From positions 37,820,001 through 37,884,000 of the forward strand of contig OX597830.1 in the NCBI GenBank assembly GCA_951406725.2: a stretch of DNA of 64,000 bases. The letters are read 5' to 3'. The notes under the pieces were generated by a model. It made no database searches and was not told the origin of the DNA. It saw nothing but the letters and a program-made list of their open reading frames with translations. The translations under genes were made by a program, and so were the position numbers. This document shows, one piece after another, positions 28,695 through 41,527 of the stretch (position 1 is the first letter of the stretch; every line of letters starts with the position of its first letter). The DNA comes from Octopus vulgaris (lineage: Eukaryota).

Positions 28695-30316
28695 AATTAT
28701 TATTATTAATCATCGCCAATATATTTTTTCTTCTTTCAATTTTGTTTCCACTTCTTGCTGAATAGCTTCCCGACACCTAGGTTAAAGAAACTCACTATTC
28801 ATATTCAAAATTATGATATTTGGTAAAAAAGAATTCATAAGCCTGACCTCCCAGTTAAATTTATTTGCTTTTCTTGCATTGATGCCAAGTGTCAATATCA
28901 TTTAATTTTCAGTTACTTTTTATCATTTCTAGTGTTCCTACCATCACTACTATTGTAGCCGCTTTCAGATACCTTTTTTGTTTTCGATGAGCAAATATTT
29001 CTATTTTCTGAGCTTTTCAAATTCTTACGCTGTAATATGATCACAAGGAATATTCATGTCAATCAATAAACATACATTATTCCTTTGGTCTTTCACAACA
29101 ATATTCAGTTTATTAGCTTTGATCGTGCTGTTTGTATGTATTCGAAGATTCCAAGGAATCACTACTATTTATCCCTTAGTTATAGCCTCAATGGTGCTTC
29201 ATCACTTGTCAACACTTTTGATTCTATAATGCCGACATATTAAACAGTGTAGATTTTGACTAACTTTGTCCAAATATTATGCAGTCCACTCTTTCAATCG
29301 CATCATTGCAGAATCGGCGATTTGCATCTTCTCCATTCTTAATTTTCCTAAGTGTCATTGTTATGGGTATTAATACAATTACAAATAGTATCGGAGAAAA
29401 CGACTCACCGTGGAAGATACCCCTTCTAACATTAACGTTTCAAAGGAATACATTATTTGAGTACAATTTCGTTCTCCACTCTTTCATGCTATGCATCAGA
29501 AAATGTGTAATGTCGTCAGCAACACCAGACATCTGCAGGCATTCAACGATCTAAGAATGAAACATCATATGATATGCCCTTTTAAAGTCAATCCAAGCCA
29601 TAGACATGTTTCGATGATGTGTTTTACAACGCCTCTAAAGTGGCCTATCGATGCCCAGATGATCCTTGGTAACCTCAGAACTGTTCCTAAGTCTTTTCTG
29701 TTCTCTTTGTAGTATTTCTTCCTGTGCCAGGAAATTGTATGTCTTTGCCGCACATATTCCAGCGAGTATCTTCCAAATTATGTTTATACAAGCGATGGAA
29801 CAGTAGTTTCCCCACAATATTCTCTTCCCTTCTATCTTTCATTAATGTGTCGCCCTCCTAGTCACCATCCACGCGGTGACTGTACCTTTCTGGACACACT
29901 CATTCAATTGGACTGCTAGTCTTTCATGCACCGCGTGGCATCTCTTCAGCCAGAAACCATGAGTCCCATCTAGTTTCTGGGGCTTTCCAGTTAGGCACTT
30001 TACCCACTTGTTCTTTCACATCACCCGTGCATATGAAAATTTTCTTTTGTTTCTATCCTCCTTGTACAACCGTCTTGATAGTTCCTCTCCACATTGCACC
30101 CTTTTATGCACCACATTGGTTCTCTATAATCCGCTCCAGAAGTCTTTGGCTTGATTTGCAACAGGAGCAACATATTCCCCATTGCCTCCTTCTAAATTTC
30201 GGAAGAATTGCTTGCGGATTATTTTTCAACAATCTGTTCTCCTCGAACTGCTTATTTCTGTTCAAATATCTTCTGATCTTCTGGCTTTTTGCCATGATCC
30301 TCTGTTTTAACTGCTC

Positions 30317-30318
<2 letters not shown>
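28695..30318 (-). mobile_element. R4/Dong-like non-LTR retrotransposon, 5'-truncated and internally deleted (RT and restriction-like endonuclease remnants)
   Basis: EQLKQRIMAKSQKIRRY..N, VPNWKAP..DGTHGFWLK, NYCSIACINIIWKILAGI, EQKRLRNSSEVTKDHLGID, RRGIFHGESFSPILFV, then ILWNLRIHT...ANKLNIV, CLLIDMNIPCD and EFEKL; bounded by (AAT)n at both ends. Confidence 0.8.
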
Positions 30319-30383
<65 letters not shown>

Positions 30384-30384
30384 G

Positions 30385-30941
30385 AGTGAGAGAATAATGC
30401 ATGCCATCAAAGTGACACCGGGGAAAAATATACGAAACCTAATATACCCATCATGACTACCCGCTTGATAAGAGTACACCGGGCACATGCATCACAACCA
30501 TATATGCCTGATATGATGATCTCATATCAAGATAAACAGTGCATGACTTTCCAAGTGGGGCCCAGTCAAGAATTTTCTTCAGGTCGAGTAGCTCATGCCA
30601 CTCAAAAGGTCCTTGAATAACAGTTGTTTAAGGATGTTGAATGAAACACCCATGTTTCCAAAGCGAATTATTTAAACCATAAAGTATTCCTTTCAACACA
30701 TGGTTATGATGCTCCCCAACTAGTTCTGCTCGTGATCAGAGATGTACATATCATAAGGCACTAAGGGACATGTTCAAATGGTTAAGGCCAAGCAACTGCC
30801 AAGCAATTCTGTGGTATTGAGCAGAATATTTGCTGTAGCCCATCTTTTACACCAAGACAAAACAATGTATATGATAACACTTCCAATCAGTTAAGATCCG
30901 AAGCCATTAGACCCACTGCTTAGTACTGCATCAAGGCATTT
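30385..30941. mobile_element. Unclassified ~560-bp interspersed element between (ATT)n and (ATC)n tracts
   Basis: Sharp, GC-richer, non-coding block bounded by trinucleotide repeats; recalled as resembling a common octopus repeat but single-copy in this window. Confidence 0.5.
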
Positions 30942-31047
30942 ATCATCATCATCATCATCATCATCTTCATCATAATCATCATCATCGTCATCATCGTCAT
31001 CATAGTTATCATCGTCATCATCGTCGTCATTGTCGTCGTCATCATCG

Positions 31048-31080
<33 letters not shown>

Positions 31081-31112
31081 CATCATCATTATTATTATTA
31101 TTATTATTATTA

Positions 31113-31450
31113 TGAGACACCCCCTCGGTCATGACTGACCATGGAATTGTACCTAGAAAGTTACTCTCCCAGGCACATGTCAGGGCAAGTTTGTTTATGG
31201 ATGACCAGCTGTCGTCCATACACACCGGCCTCCGCTCGCCACGACACCAGTGTTATCCAAGGGAAAAGCAAAGGCCGATACAGGTTGGTACCTGTGACGT
31301 TCCAACTCATTTCTTCAAATGTGTGACCCGGAGCAACGTGAAATAAAGTATCTTGCTCAAGAACACAAAACGCAGCCAGGTCTGGGATTCGAGCTCACAA
31401 CCTCACGATGGGAAGCTCGACGCTCCAGCCACTCTGCTATGCGCCTTCAC
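31113..31450 (-). mobile_element. tRNA-derived SINE (family C type)
   Basis: Minus strand gtgaaggcgcatagcagagtggctggagcg...gagctcgaatccc, then ttgagcaagatactttatttcacgttgctcc; ends ggtcagtcatgaccgagggggtgtctca followed by (taa)n. Confidence 0.85.
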
Positions 31451-31581
<131 letters not shown>

Positions 31582-33039
31582 CTGATGGTAGTAATGGTAT
31601 TGGCAAGGAAAGATGAATATTCCCTTCAATGGTTTGCCGGTAATTTTGCTATTCTTAAATTAAAAGTTATTTGAAAATTAACTGTTAGATGTTTCACAGC
31701 ATATGGACATACGCTAGATTATTATTATTATCTGTAGGATAAAACTGTTTTTTGCCGAAGCAATAAAATTCACTACGCAAAATATTGACATTTCAAAAGG
31801 ACTTATTATCTGAAGTCAACCTTTGGCCTTGAATCAGACAAGTGATTAGTAACGTGTGATTAGTAGCAAATGATTTGTAGATTCCTTTAGCAGGCCAGCA
31901 TATTCTTGTGTCGATGCTACTGCGTGGTTAAAAGAATTCTTTTCAAAGAAATGTGCAAAAGCAAGAAATAACAGATTTACATTTTTTTTTTTTACAGATT
32001 GAATTATAGTTCCCATTGATGTGAATAACCAGCAAGTTAAATGCCTTCGAATGTGGTTAGATAACACACTACACGAGAGGACCAGCTTTATTCTTTGTAG
32101 AAAGAAGGTGAATGTATAGCTGAAGAGGAACGAAAGATCAGCACGTTTGGGAAACTTGAAGGCATAGATACCTCAATAACCTGAGGATTTTGTGACAGGT
32201 GACAGTGAAGAAAATTATTAGAAAGTACACCTGGAAGTGATTCGAATTGAAAATGAGATTCACTTCAATAGGCTTAATGTATAAGATCAAGAATACTTCT
32301 GCTCTCTTCCAGTGGAAGAACTGAAGGTAGTAAAGTGTAATGCAGTAGCCATCTACTAGACTCTCGAAACCTAAAATCAGTGTAAAAGACCTCCAGGTGA
32401 TCAAGACGCAAGTAGGTTGCCCACAGCTCAGACGCACAACCTAAAAGCTTGCGTTCTAAATACGATCTAAAATACGATGATATTTTAAAATACCTGCGCA
32501 GGACAGTAGACTCTCAGCAATGCCATTTCTAAAATAAGGTAAGGTACATACTAAGAAAGGGAAGGAATTAGCAGAGTGCGGGGTTAGAAGCCAGGAGAAA
32601 ATGAGGCGACATCAAAGGAACAATTAAATGGAGAAACCGACAGTGACTACAAAATCCGTATCTTCCTAACGATAACAGGCCTGGACATGTAAGGAAGGGA
32701 ACTGCTTTAGGCTTTGTGGAGGTAGGGACATTTAAGTGCAAATTGAATGAGGGAGTGAAAAGCATTTGCCCAAGGGAGATGTATGATATAACAAGATGCT
32801 AATGACAGTCGACTACTCTCTAAACTAAGTGAGACGCAAGAAACAACGACCCATCAATCTCGATTGTGCTGGGAGGTACAGGGAGAAAAATCTGTTTACA
32901 GGCGCGACATACATGCAGTAGTCAATCGACGTCTTACACAGAAGTCTCAGGGTGGATTTAGTTTTATTGTGTCAAGTCGTGATTATATACATCCATCCAT
33001 ACATACATATATATATATATATACGCATATATACTAACC

Positions 33040-33310
33040 GTCAGCTGACGGTTAGTAAGGAGAGACACAAATAAGAAAGAAGAAAACAATGGACCACTGA
33101 TGCGGTCACAGGAGTGTGACGAAAGAACTCTGGCCGAAATAAGATCAAGATTAATGTAAAAAATAAATAACACTGAAGCAAAATAACACCAAATATATAG
33201 TGCGTGTGTTTTTATTGGCTAAACTGGCAAAATGACCATTCCGAAATATAACAATATCTGTTTCAACACACGACTTCATATAAAAAATCTTGCACAACAA
33301 ATATTTAAAC

Positions 33311-33313
<3 letters not shown>
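33040..33313 (+). mobile_element. Penelope-like terminal repeat with hammerhead motif (33091-33135)
   Basis: ggacca-CTGATGCG-gtcaca ggag tgtgac-GAAA-gaac-TC-tggcc; same family as 9336-9591; ends in (TA)n. Confidence 0.7.
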
Positions 33314-33378
<65 letters not shown>

Positions 33379-33382
<4 letters not shown>

Positions 33383-33680
33383 GGACTAGTTACTGCAATA
33401 CCCTGGGTTTCAGAGGTTCACAGATTTTTAATAGTCTCCCAAAAAGCCTGAGTAACCTGCACAAAATTGATGTAATCGTTTTTAAATCAAGGCTGGACCT
33501 CCTCTTGTTGACAGTCCCAGATAAATCCATCTCACGGTAAAAGGTGCAAATGAGGGTTACTACATCAAACTCCATTCTTCACCAAGTGCCATATAATAGA
33601 GAAGGCTCTTAGTAATATCAGTGTAACAAATCGGCGGCGCTGCAGCATGGCCACGGCTCTGAGCTGAAACGACACAGAAA
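33379..33680 (+). mobile_element. 3' fragment of the CR1/Jockey-group LINE
   Basis: FRTSYCNTLGFRGSQIFNSLPKSLSNLHKIDV..FKSRLD and the 3' UTR are colinear with 51890-52190. Confidence 0.9.
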
Positions 33681-33689
33681 ATAATATCT

Positions 33690-33933
33690 CCCTTTATCCA
33701 TTATCTCTCACTTTATATATGTCTGTATATGTGACCCCGTGTGTATCGTTGGCGATTTTTCCTCCGTCTTCCCTTCCTAGGATCTTTCCTTTTTCTATGT
33801 TTCTGACGAAGAGCTCCGCTCGAAACGTTAGATCCTCCTTCTTTCCTTCCTTTTCTGAGCGTCCAATAACACTATACTTGTTCCATGTCCTCGTGTTGTT
33901 GTGTTATCTCTTTGTGTTTTCATGTTTGGATTA

Positions 33934-33938
<5 letters not shown>
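33690..33938 (+). mobile_element. Short element with minimal hammerhead motif (33799-33833)
   Basis: gttt-CTGACGA-a-gagc tcc gctc-GAAA-CG-TT-agat; pyrimidine-rich tail running into (TA)n. Confidence 0.65.
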
Positions 33939-33996
<58 letters not shown>

Positions 33997-34011
33997 GATT
34001 GATTGGTTGAT

Positions 34012-34054
34012 TCTAGTTTCAGCTCACGAGCTGTGGCCATGCTGGGGCACCGCC
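34012..34054 (-). mobile_element. Isolated LINE 3' tail
   Basis: Reverse complement ggcggtgccccagcatggccacagctcgtgagctgaaactagaa matches 52147-52189. Confidence 0.8.
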
Positions 34055-34726
34055 ATATATATATATATATATTATATATATACACACACACAAATACTTG
34101 TGCATGAAGTATATTTTAAATATTACGCACAGTCTTTTTTACGTAACCTCTGCCTAAATTTCTTCCGTTTATCCGACTGCCAGAATTGCGCCGTTCGAAC
34201 ACTTCAGATTAAAATGCTGATTCATGTTTGTAATGTCCTCATTCTACGATAATATACTGAAATCGGCATATTGAAATCTATTGTTAATCCATACTACGCG
34301 AAATAACTACGAGAATGTTTCTATTGGTATCTCAAGAGATCGCTAAGTTATTGGTACTTTTATTGACGTGAATATTCTCACCGATATTCATCTGCGTTTT
34401 CTTATTTCTCACTCCTTATGTTGTATCTACTGCAGCTACTAATGAGCTAATATATTTCACCTTAGCTCTTGCTGTTGGTCTGCTAGGATTTGCCGACCTT
34501 GCTTTCCTTAATGCGGTTGCTGTTTTTGACGTCGGCATCGATATCACTGATCTTTGTTCGATTTTCCATCTGTCTCTTCACACTGATCCTGTCAGTTAGC
34601 TGTCGACACAGTAAGTGAATGAAAGGATCTAGGGTATAGGTCAGATATTACAACCGTATTCAATGATTTATCAACCAGAAAATAAACTAAATACATTCTG
34701 CATTTGCTATTTCATTATATATATAA

Positions 34727-34779
<53 letters not shown>

Positions 34780-34781
34780 TC

Positions 34782-34858
<77 letters not shown>

Positions 34859-35762
34859 GTATGTATATATATATACACGCATTTATATACATACATGTGC
34901 GCGCGTGTGTATGCCTGAATCAAATATCCTCTATAGATTTCGTCTAAAAGAATTCTGAAGTGCATATCTAATTTGGCAAGGACATAATTAGAAGGGAGAA
35001 TCGAAGATCTCCGGGCCACAAACACCATGCAATTCAGACGATAAACTCTCTCAGCGATAGCATTAAACCAGCTACATTTATGTCAATGAATAAACTCAGT
35101 GTAAGATATCTGAATAATACTTAGCGGAAATATGCCCATAAATAATTTATGAATATGATGAGATCGATTTCTAAAATGGATTCTTGGGCAGACGTATTCA
35201 TATCGATTTCTAAATTTGTTAAATTATGTAGTAAAGACAAATGAATAAATCGGTACTTGTTCTTTTGAACTCGACGGATCAATAATGAAGCATAAACGCA
35301 AACTGTAAAGGACCACATATATATAAGTAAGAATAGATGTTTATTTTGGCACTATATCGGTTAAGCAATTGGTTACTATCTAGAAAATTTAAGAAGGTAT
35401 TGTCGTGATGTCTGTTAGAGATAAAGAAGTGAATTTTTAATCGGTACAAATGGCCATTATTTTTTAAACATCCATTTGAAAGAAGTGTCTATACTCATGC
35501 TAATGGCGTTGGAAAAGTAGCAATTAGAAATAGTTTTATCTGCGATTTGCACCTATTTACAGATAATATTAGCCATCTTATTTCTTAATAAAAAAGTGAT
35601 CTAAGATAGTAAGAATAACAAATGAGTTTTATATCAATTGAATTCACGTCATGTGACTTGCAGATGATACGCTAATGCAAATCACTCCACAAATTTTCGC
35701 TTCTTCTCATGAAAAGCATTAGTATTTCGATGATTATTCTGAGTCATCAGATATGACTTCTG

Positions 35763-36158
35763 AATAAGACGGCGAAATGGCAGAAACATTAGCACGCCGG
35801 GCGAAATGTATAGCGGTATTTCATCTGCCGTTACGTTCTGAGTTCAAATTCTGCCGAGGTCGACTTTGCCTTTCATCCTTTCGGGGTCGATAAATTAAGT
35901 ACCACTTACGCACTGGCGTCGTTGTCCTTGTTTCTCCTCTCTGTGTTTAATCCCTTGTGGGTAGTAAAGAAATAGGTATTTCGTCTGTCGCTACGTTCTG
36001 AGTTCAAATTCCGCCGAGTTCGACTTTGCCTTTCATCCTTTCAGGGTCAATTCAAGAAGTACCAGTTACGCATTGGCGTCGTTGTAATCGACTTAATCCT
36101 TTTGTCTGTCCCTGTTAGACTCCTCTATGTTTAGCCTTCTTGTGGGCAATTAAGTAAT
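35763..36158 (+). mobile_element. SINE family B, dimeric, with 14-bp TSD
   Basis: Head plus two cores; agatatgacttctg duplicated at 35749-35762 and 36159-36172. Confidence 0.92.
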
Positions 36159-36400
36159 AGATATGACTTCTGCATGAAGGTTACTCTGCACGGTAAGTCC
36201 ATTATAGTAACAAGCTTTCGAGTTCAGCAGAAAATGGAATTGAGACAGGCGTGATATAACTCACCAACATCTGCATTATGGATACAGATAATGCAATGCT
36301 GCCTTCACAAATATCTAAAAATATTATTCTTTGCCTCAAATGAACAATATTAGATTCTTCCGATCGGCTAGTTAGTTTCTTCAAGTATTATATGCGACAG

Positions 36401-36628
<228 letters not shown>

Positions 36629-37417
36629 GAATCTATGCATGTATGTATGTGTGTGCGTATGCGTGTGTACCTACATATGTATATATAATAGACTTTTCCA
36701 TTTGTTCCGAGCGTCGAACTTATACACTTGCTTGAGGTTCCTTTACCTGTCTTCTTTTGTTATCGTATAAATTTGAACTGTATATATATGTATATATTTG
36801 AGAACATGTGTCGTGTGTATTTTTGTGTGTGTGCGTGGAGACGCGTGGTTTACTCATTACGGTGTTGCACTAATGATTGTAAGGTCATGATTTTGATTCC
36901 GCGTCCAGAAGACTCACTGTGTTCTTCAACAAAAAATGTTCATTTCACATGCTACAGAATCTGGGGAACCGACCTGAGGAACCAATGGCTCGAGGCGTAT
37001 CTTTAATTTTTACACACACACACACACGCACACACGCATGCACGCACTGGTACACACATACATATATATATATATATGTACATATATATATATGGTCGAC
37101 ACGAAAGAAAATACGTAGTAGAGAACACATTTGGTCGAATTTAAGACTATGATAATTTACTAGATTTACATAACTCCAAGCAATGAAACTCTCTCCTCAG
37201 GTATGTAGAGAACGAGTAACAGGCTATGATGCGATTTCCACTGGTCATTCATTATTTCCTTCATTTTTGTTATTAGGCCCATGCTGGTGGACGAGGCCGA
37301 TTTTATTTAGTCTCACCAGTTAGCTATACACCTTATTACACTGTGCGTGTGTGAATGCACATTAATGTATACGTGCATAGATACATACGCAAGTAGAAAT
37401 ATTTATATCATATATAT

Positions 37418-37498
<81 letters not shown>

Positions 37499-37601
37499 TC
37501 ATATACATACATATACATACATAAATATATATATACATATACATATATATATATATGCATGTAAAAGTATATGATGCGTTGTTGAGGACCTCCTTTACAT
37601 A

Positions 37602-37655
<54 letters not shown>

Positions 37656-37804
37656 TATGTATGTTTATATATCTACATATATTTATATATGTAACGGAAG
37701 TCCCCAGCAACTCATCATATACTTTTACATGCATATATACATACACACGCGCGCGCACACATACACACACACACACATATGTATATACATATTATTTGCC
37801 ATGA

Positions 37805-37992
37805 TAGATCGCTAGCCACTACACGTTCTGTATTTTCTGTCCTTGTTCCTTGCTGTGTTCCTTTCTGTGGAAGAGGGTAGACTCGAAACGTTAAAGAATT
37901 TTTCACTTCCCGAACGTTATACTAATACATCTGTTTGTCTACACCACCTGTCTTCGTCTTTTGTTTTTCTTTTTTTTGTGAATTCTCCCCCT
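37805..37992 (+). mobile_element. Short element with non-canonical hammerhead-like motif
   Basis: cttt-CTGTGGA-a-gag ggtaga ctc-GAAA-CG-TT-aaag; reverse-complement homologue at 57820-57985; similar tails at ~15100-15192 and ~36691-36780. Confidence 0.6.
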
Positions 37993-40149
37993 GTATAGAC
38001 ATGGATATGTACGTCTATATACAGGGAGAAAAAGAAAGAGGGAGAGAGCGGTGTATATTTTACTTCGATGTTTTTCCTCATAAAGTAGACAATATCGTGT
38101 ACGTTAGACCTTAAGTGACTGATTTTGCTGTATGTTAGATATTAGGTTTTAGTGATACTCAATTATGCATGATATGAAACGGTATGTATTTTATTTTTTT
38201 ATTTATGTGTCTTAATATGATTTGCAAAATATAATTTCGATGCACAAAATAAAATGCGGAAAATAACTGATAGGTTAATTTCTGCAATGAATATAGTTCC
38301 TTTTTCTCTTTATAGGCGAGCTAAAATGCTTCATACTAAAAGTCTTGACGTATAAAACTTACTAATGCCTTTTATAATGTGAAGTGTCAGATGATAAATT
38401 CACTGGTGCTCACACAAGCACACACATACGCCACAGGACACACATTCGCGTATAGACACATCTATGCATGTATTTATCAAATGAGTTCAACCAAATATAA
38501 TCCGCAAAAGATGCCTCATAATAAAGAAGGAGGCATAAAGCGGGTGGCTGGTTATAGATCGAGAAAAAGTTTAGTGTGTGTGTGTGTGTGTGTTTGTGTG
38601 TGTGTACATATATATTGCTAGCAATGTGCCTAAATTTGAAACGATTATTTTACTAAGTGCAGGCGGTTGTTTGGCAGAATACTTTATAACATCAAATTTA
38701 TATTCACACACAGTACACACACACATATGCTCAGATACACACACGTACGTGCGTACACACACACATACACACACTCTTATATGTAATTATATATAAGCAA
38801 TTTCATATATCATTTTTTATTTAAACTTGGAAATAGAGATTATAATACCGAAATGCGGTATGATATGAATTTTATAGGCAACACTAATAGAGCAGGAAAT
38901 ATATTCAAAATTACTAGACAACATTGATAATCCACACCTTTATGAAATATAGTTATGAGCACTTTCCTAGCGTGCATATTAATGCCGGCAAATAAATCAT
39001 GGTTCAACGAAACAATTAATGGTTCACCGCGGAATAGTTTCTGAGAAATCAGTGCAACGAAACGCATCTCAAGAACGCATTTTATTACTTTTTAATATGG
39101 GAAAACCAACTGAGCTTTCCTTTTGCAATTTAAAGTATTCATAAACGGATATTTTTGCTCACCCGATCGTCTTGGCAGGTTTATTAACTTCATCATGCTT
39201 CAGGGAAATATTTCACTCTTAATCAGATATCAGTAAGAAATAGTGAAACTGATAACTCCTCTACTTTCTGAATGAGATACATTGAAATCGCTCCACATTT
39301 CACAAATTTATTCACGACAGTATACAAGGCATTCCAAATATGATACACCGATTTAATTACCATTGATATGGTGAGATTCGTATCCATAACTATAAGTTAC
39401 AGTAATTGAACATCCCACTTAAGTTTAATATATATTGTTGTGATTAGTACTCTTTCAAGGAATCTATTGCTTGTGGATTTTCTCCGATAACTGTTCCAAA
39501 AATTCTCCTCTCGAATAGTACCCAAACCCAATATGTTTATTCTGATAATATATAGTTACATGTATCGCATACATACATTCTGTCGGTTTCACCAGATGTG
39601 ATATATATTCCCCACAGGTAGAAATATAGAAAAAATTAATTGAAAATCCACCGGGATTTGTTTAGAATTTTATTTTTAAATTTCCAAAATCTTAACCGGC
39701 ACATACATTTCTCTGATTTTCCAAAGTTCAGATATAGAGATATGGTGCTATAATGCAACTGTCTAGCTTCTGATCGGATAAAATTTATTGTCTTGCTTTA
39801 AAGAGAGAATATGTCTCAAATTTGAGTCTCTCTTGAATACGTTTTGATTGGTTGAAACTGATCACGTAATTAGGTTTAAAATGTTTTTTAACTTCTCTGC
39901 TACCTCAGTTCTTTAATGTCAATGGGGACAATATGTTTTGTGCCATTAGTTAAAGCTGTCACAGTTGTGTGAATGTGCCTAGTAACAATCCCTAGCAATC
40001 AAGGTTGTCTGAATTTTATGTGAAATGCCAAATATATACATACATACATACATACATACATACATACATACGTACATACATACATATATACACACATACA
40101 TACACACATAACCCACAAAATAACAAAGACAATTTTCAGATATATTGAT

Positions 40150-40351
40150 TTCAAATTTTGGCACAATGTCAGCAATTTAAGGGGAGGGGATAAGTAGATT
40201 ACATCGCTTCAAGTGCTCAACTGGTGGTTACTTTTTCGAGTCCAAAAAGATAAAAGCCAAAGTCGACGTCGGAAGTAATAACGTGAAGACGGACGTAATA
40301 CCGCTAAGCATTTTCCCCGGCGTCTAAACAATTGTGTCAGCTGATCGCCTT
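40150..40351 (-). mobile_element. SINE family B, diverged
   Basis: Reverse-complement match; flanking aatt.t.agatatatt repeats resemble a TSD. Confidence 0.7.
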
Positions 40352-41224
40352 AATTCTGAGATATATTAAAACAGACTTGCAACAAAATATGGAATTTTTA
40401 AAACTCTGGTATTCTAATGTTAAATGCCTTTCTGAACCACTTTATGGTTTGTTGCAAATGATACAATCTTCCTTCCAGAGGGATTCAGGCTGTTGAAGGG
40501 TGGGCAATTTTAACGGTACTAGATTATAATAATTCCAGTATATCATTACTGTATATCTAATACACCGTCATGCTAACCTATGTTATTTCGCATTGAAAGA
40601 GACGGCTCTAACTAGGATTTGGACACTCCCTATAAAACACTACTTGTTACAGACTTGCAGAATGCAGTGGGGACTTGAAAACAAGGTGGAAGCTCACTAT
40701 GCAATACATTTTTGTGTTAAACTACGCAAAAAATGCTAAGCTCCAAACTGCTTATGAATTACTTTGGGCCGTATACGTTTTAGGCTGGCACAAGAGGCCA
40801 GCTAAAACAAATCCAGCGGGAAGGTCATGATGATTCCCTTTTCCCGAGAGCAAAGAGATAATATATATCTATAGGGCTCCCTCTGGGCAGCGGGTCAAAA
40901 AGAGCGCTTCATTGAAGATTTACAGGATTTTAGGAAGAGACTTGATCACGAAATTCCAAACTTTTGCAATCGGGTCTGTGATACCTCCATTATTTCATTG
41001 AATAAAATGTTTTGAAAGATCAAATATTTATATCCCATTTTGTATATTAAACAAAAGCCTTGGAACTTTCCGAACAACCCAATAAAATTTTCTATAGTTT
41101 GTGCAGACCGTCCCGCCTAATGTACATATCATAACTGTCCGTCTAATAGGGGTACAGCAGATGCACGTATCACAATCATTTGTGCGCGAAATGGTTATAT
41201 TATATCAAAATAAACACCTCATGA

Positions 41225-41458
41225 CCTGGCAGGTACGGTCAGTTAGAATTTTAAGGACGAATTGCTTAGCGGTATTTCGCCCGTCGCTACGATCTGAGTT
41301 CAAATTCAGTCGAGGTCGACGTTTTCTTTTTATCATTTCGGGGTTGATAAATTAAGTACCAGTGAAACACTGGTGTCCATGCAATCGACTTGTCCCCTCC
41401 CCAGAAATTTAATGCCTTGTGCCTCCAGTAGAAGGAATATTATTATTATTATTGTTAC

Positions 41459-41527
<69 letters not shown>

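Noticed and set aside
32100-32990. GC-richer purine-biased block
   Set aside because: Probably an old retroelement, but I could not identify a diagnostic motif.
34440-34616. Short hydrophobic plus-strand frame near a gtaagt donor-like site
   Set aside because: There is an in-frame stop before the donor, and the minus strand looks more like decayed RTE sequence.
40780-41015. Short open frames after AG dinucleotides (GSLWAAGQKERFIEDLQDFRKRL...)
   Set aside because: No recognisable homology and weak acceptors; cannot be supported as exons.
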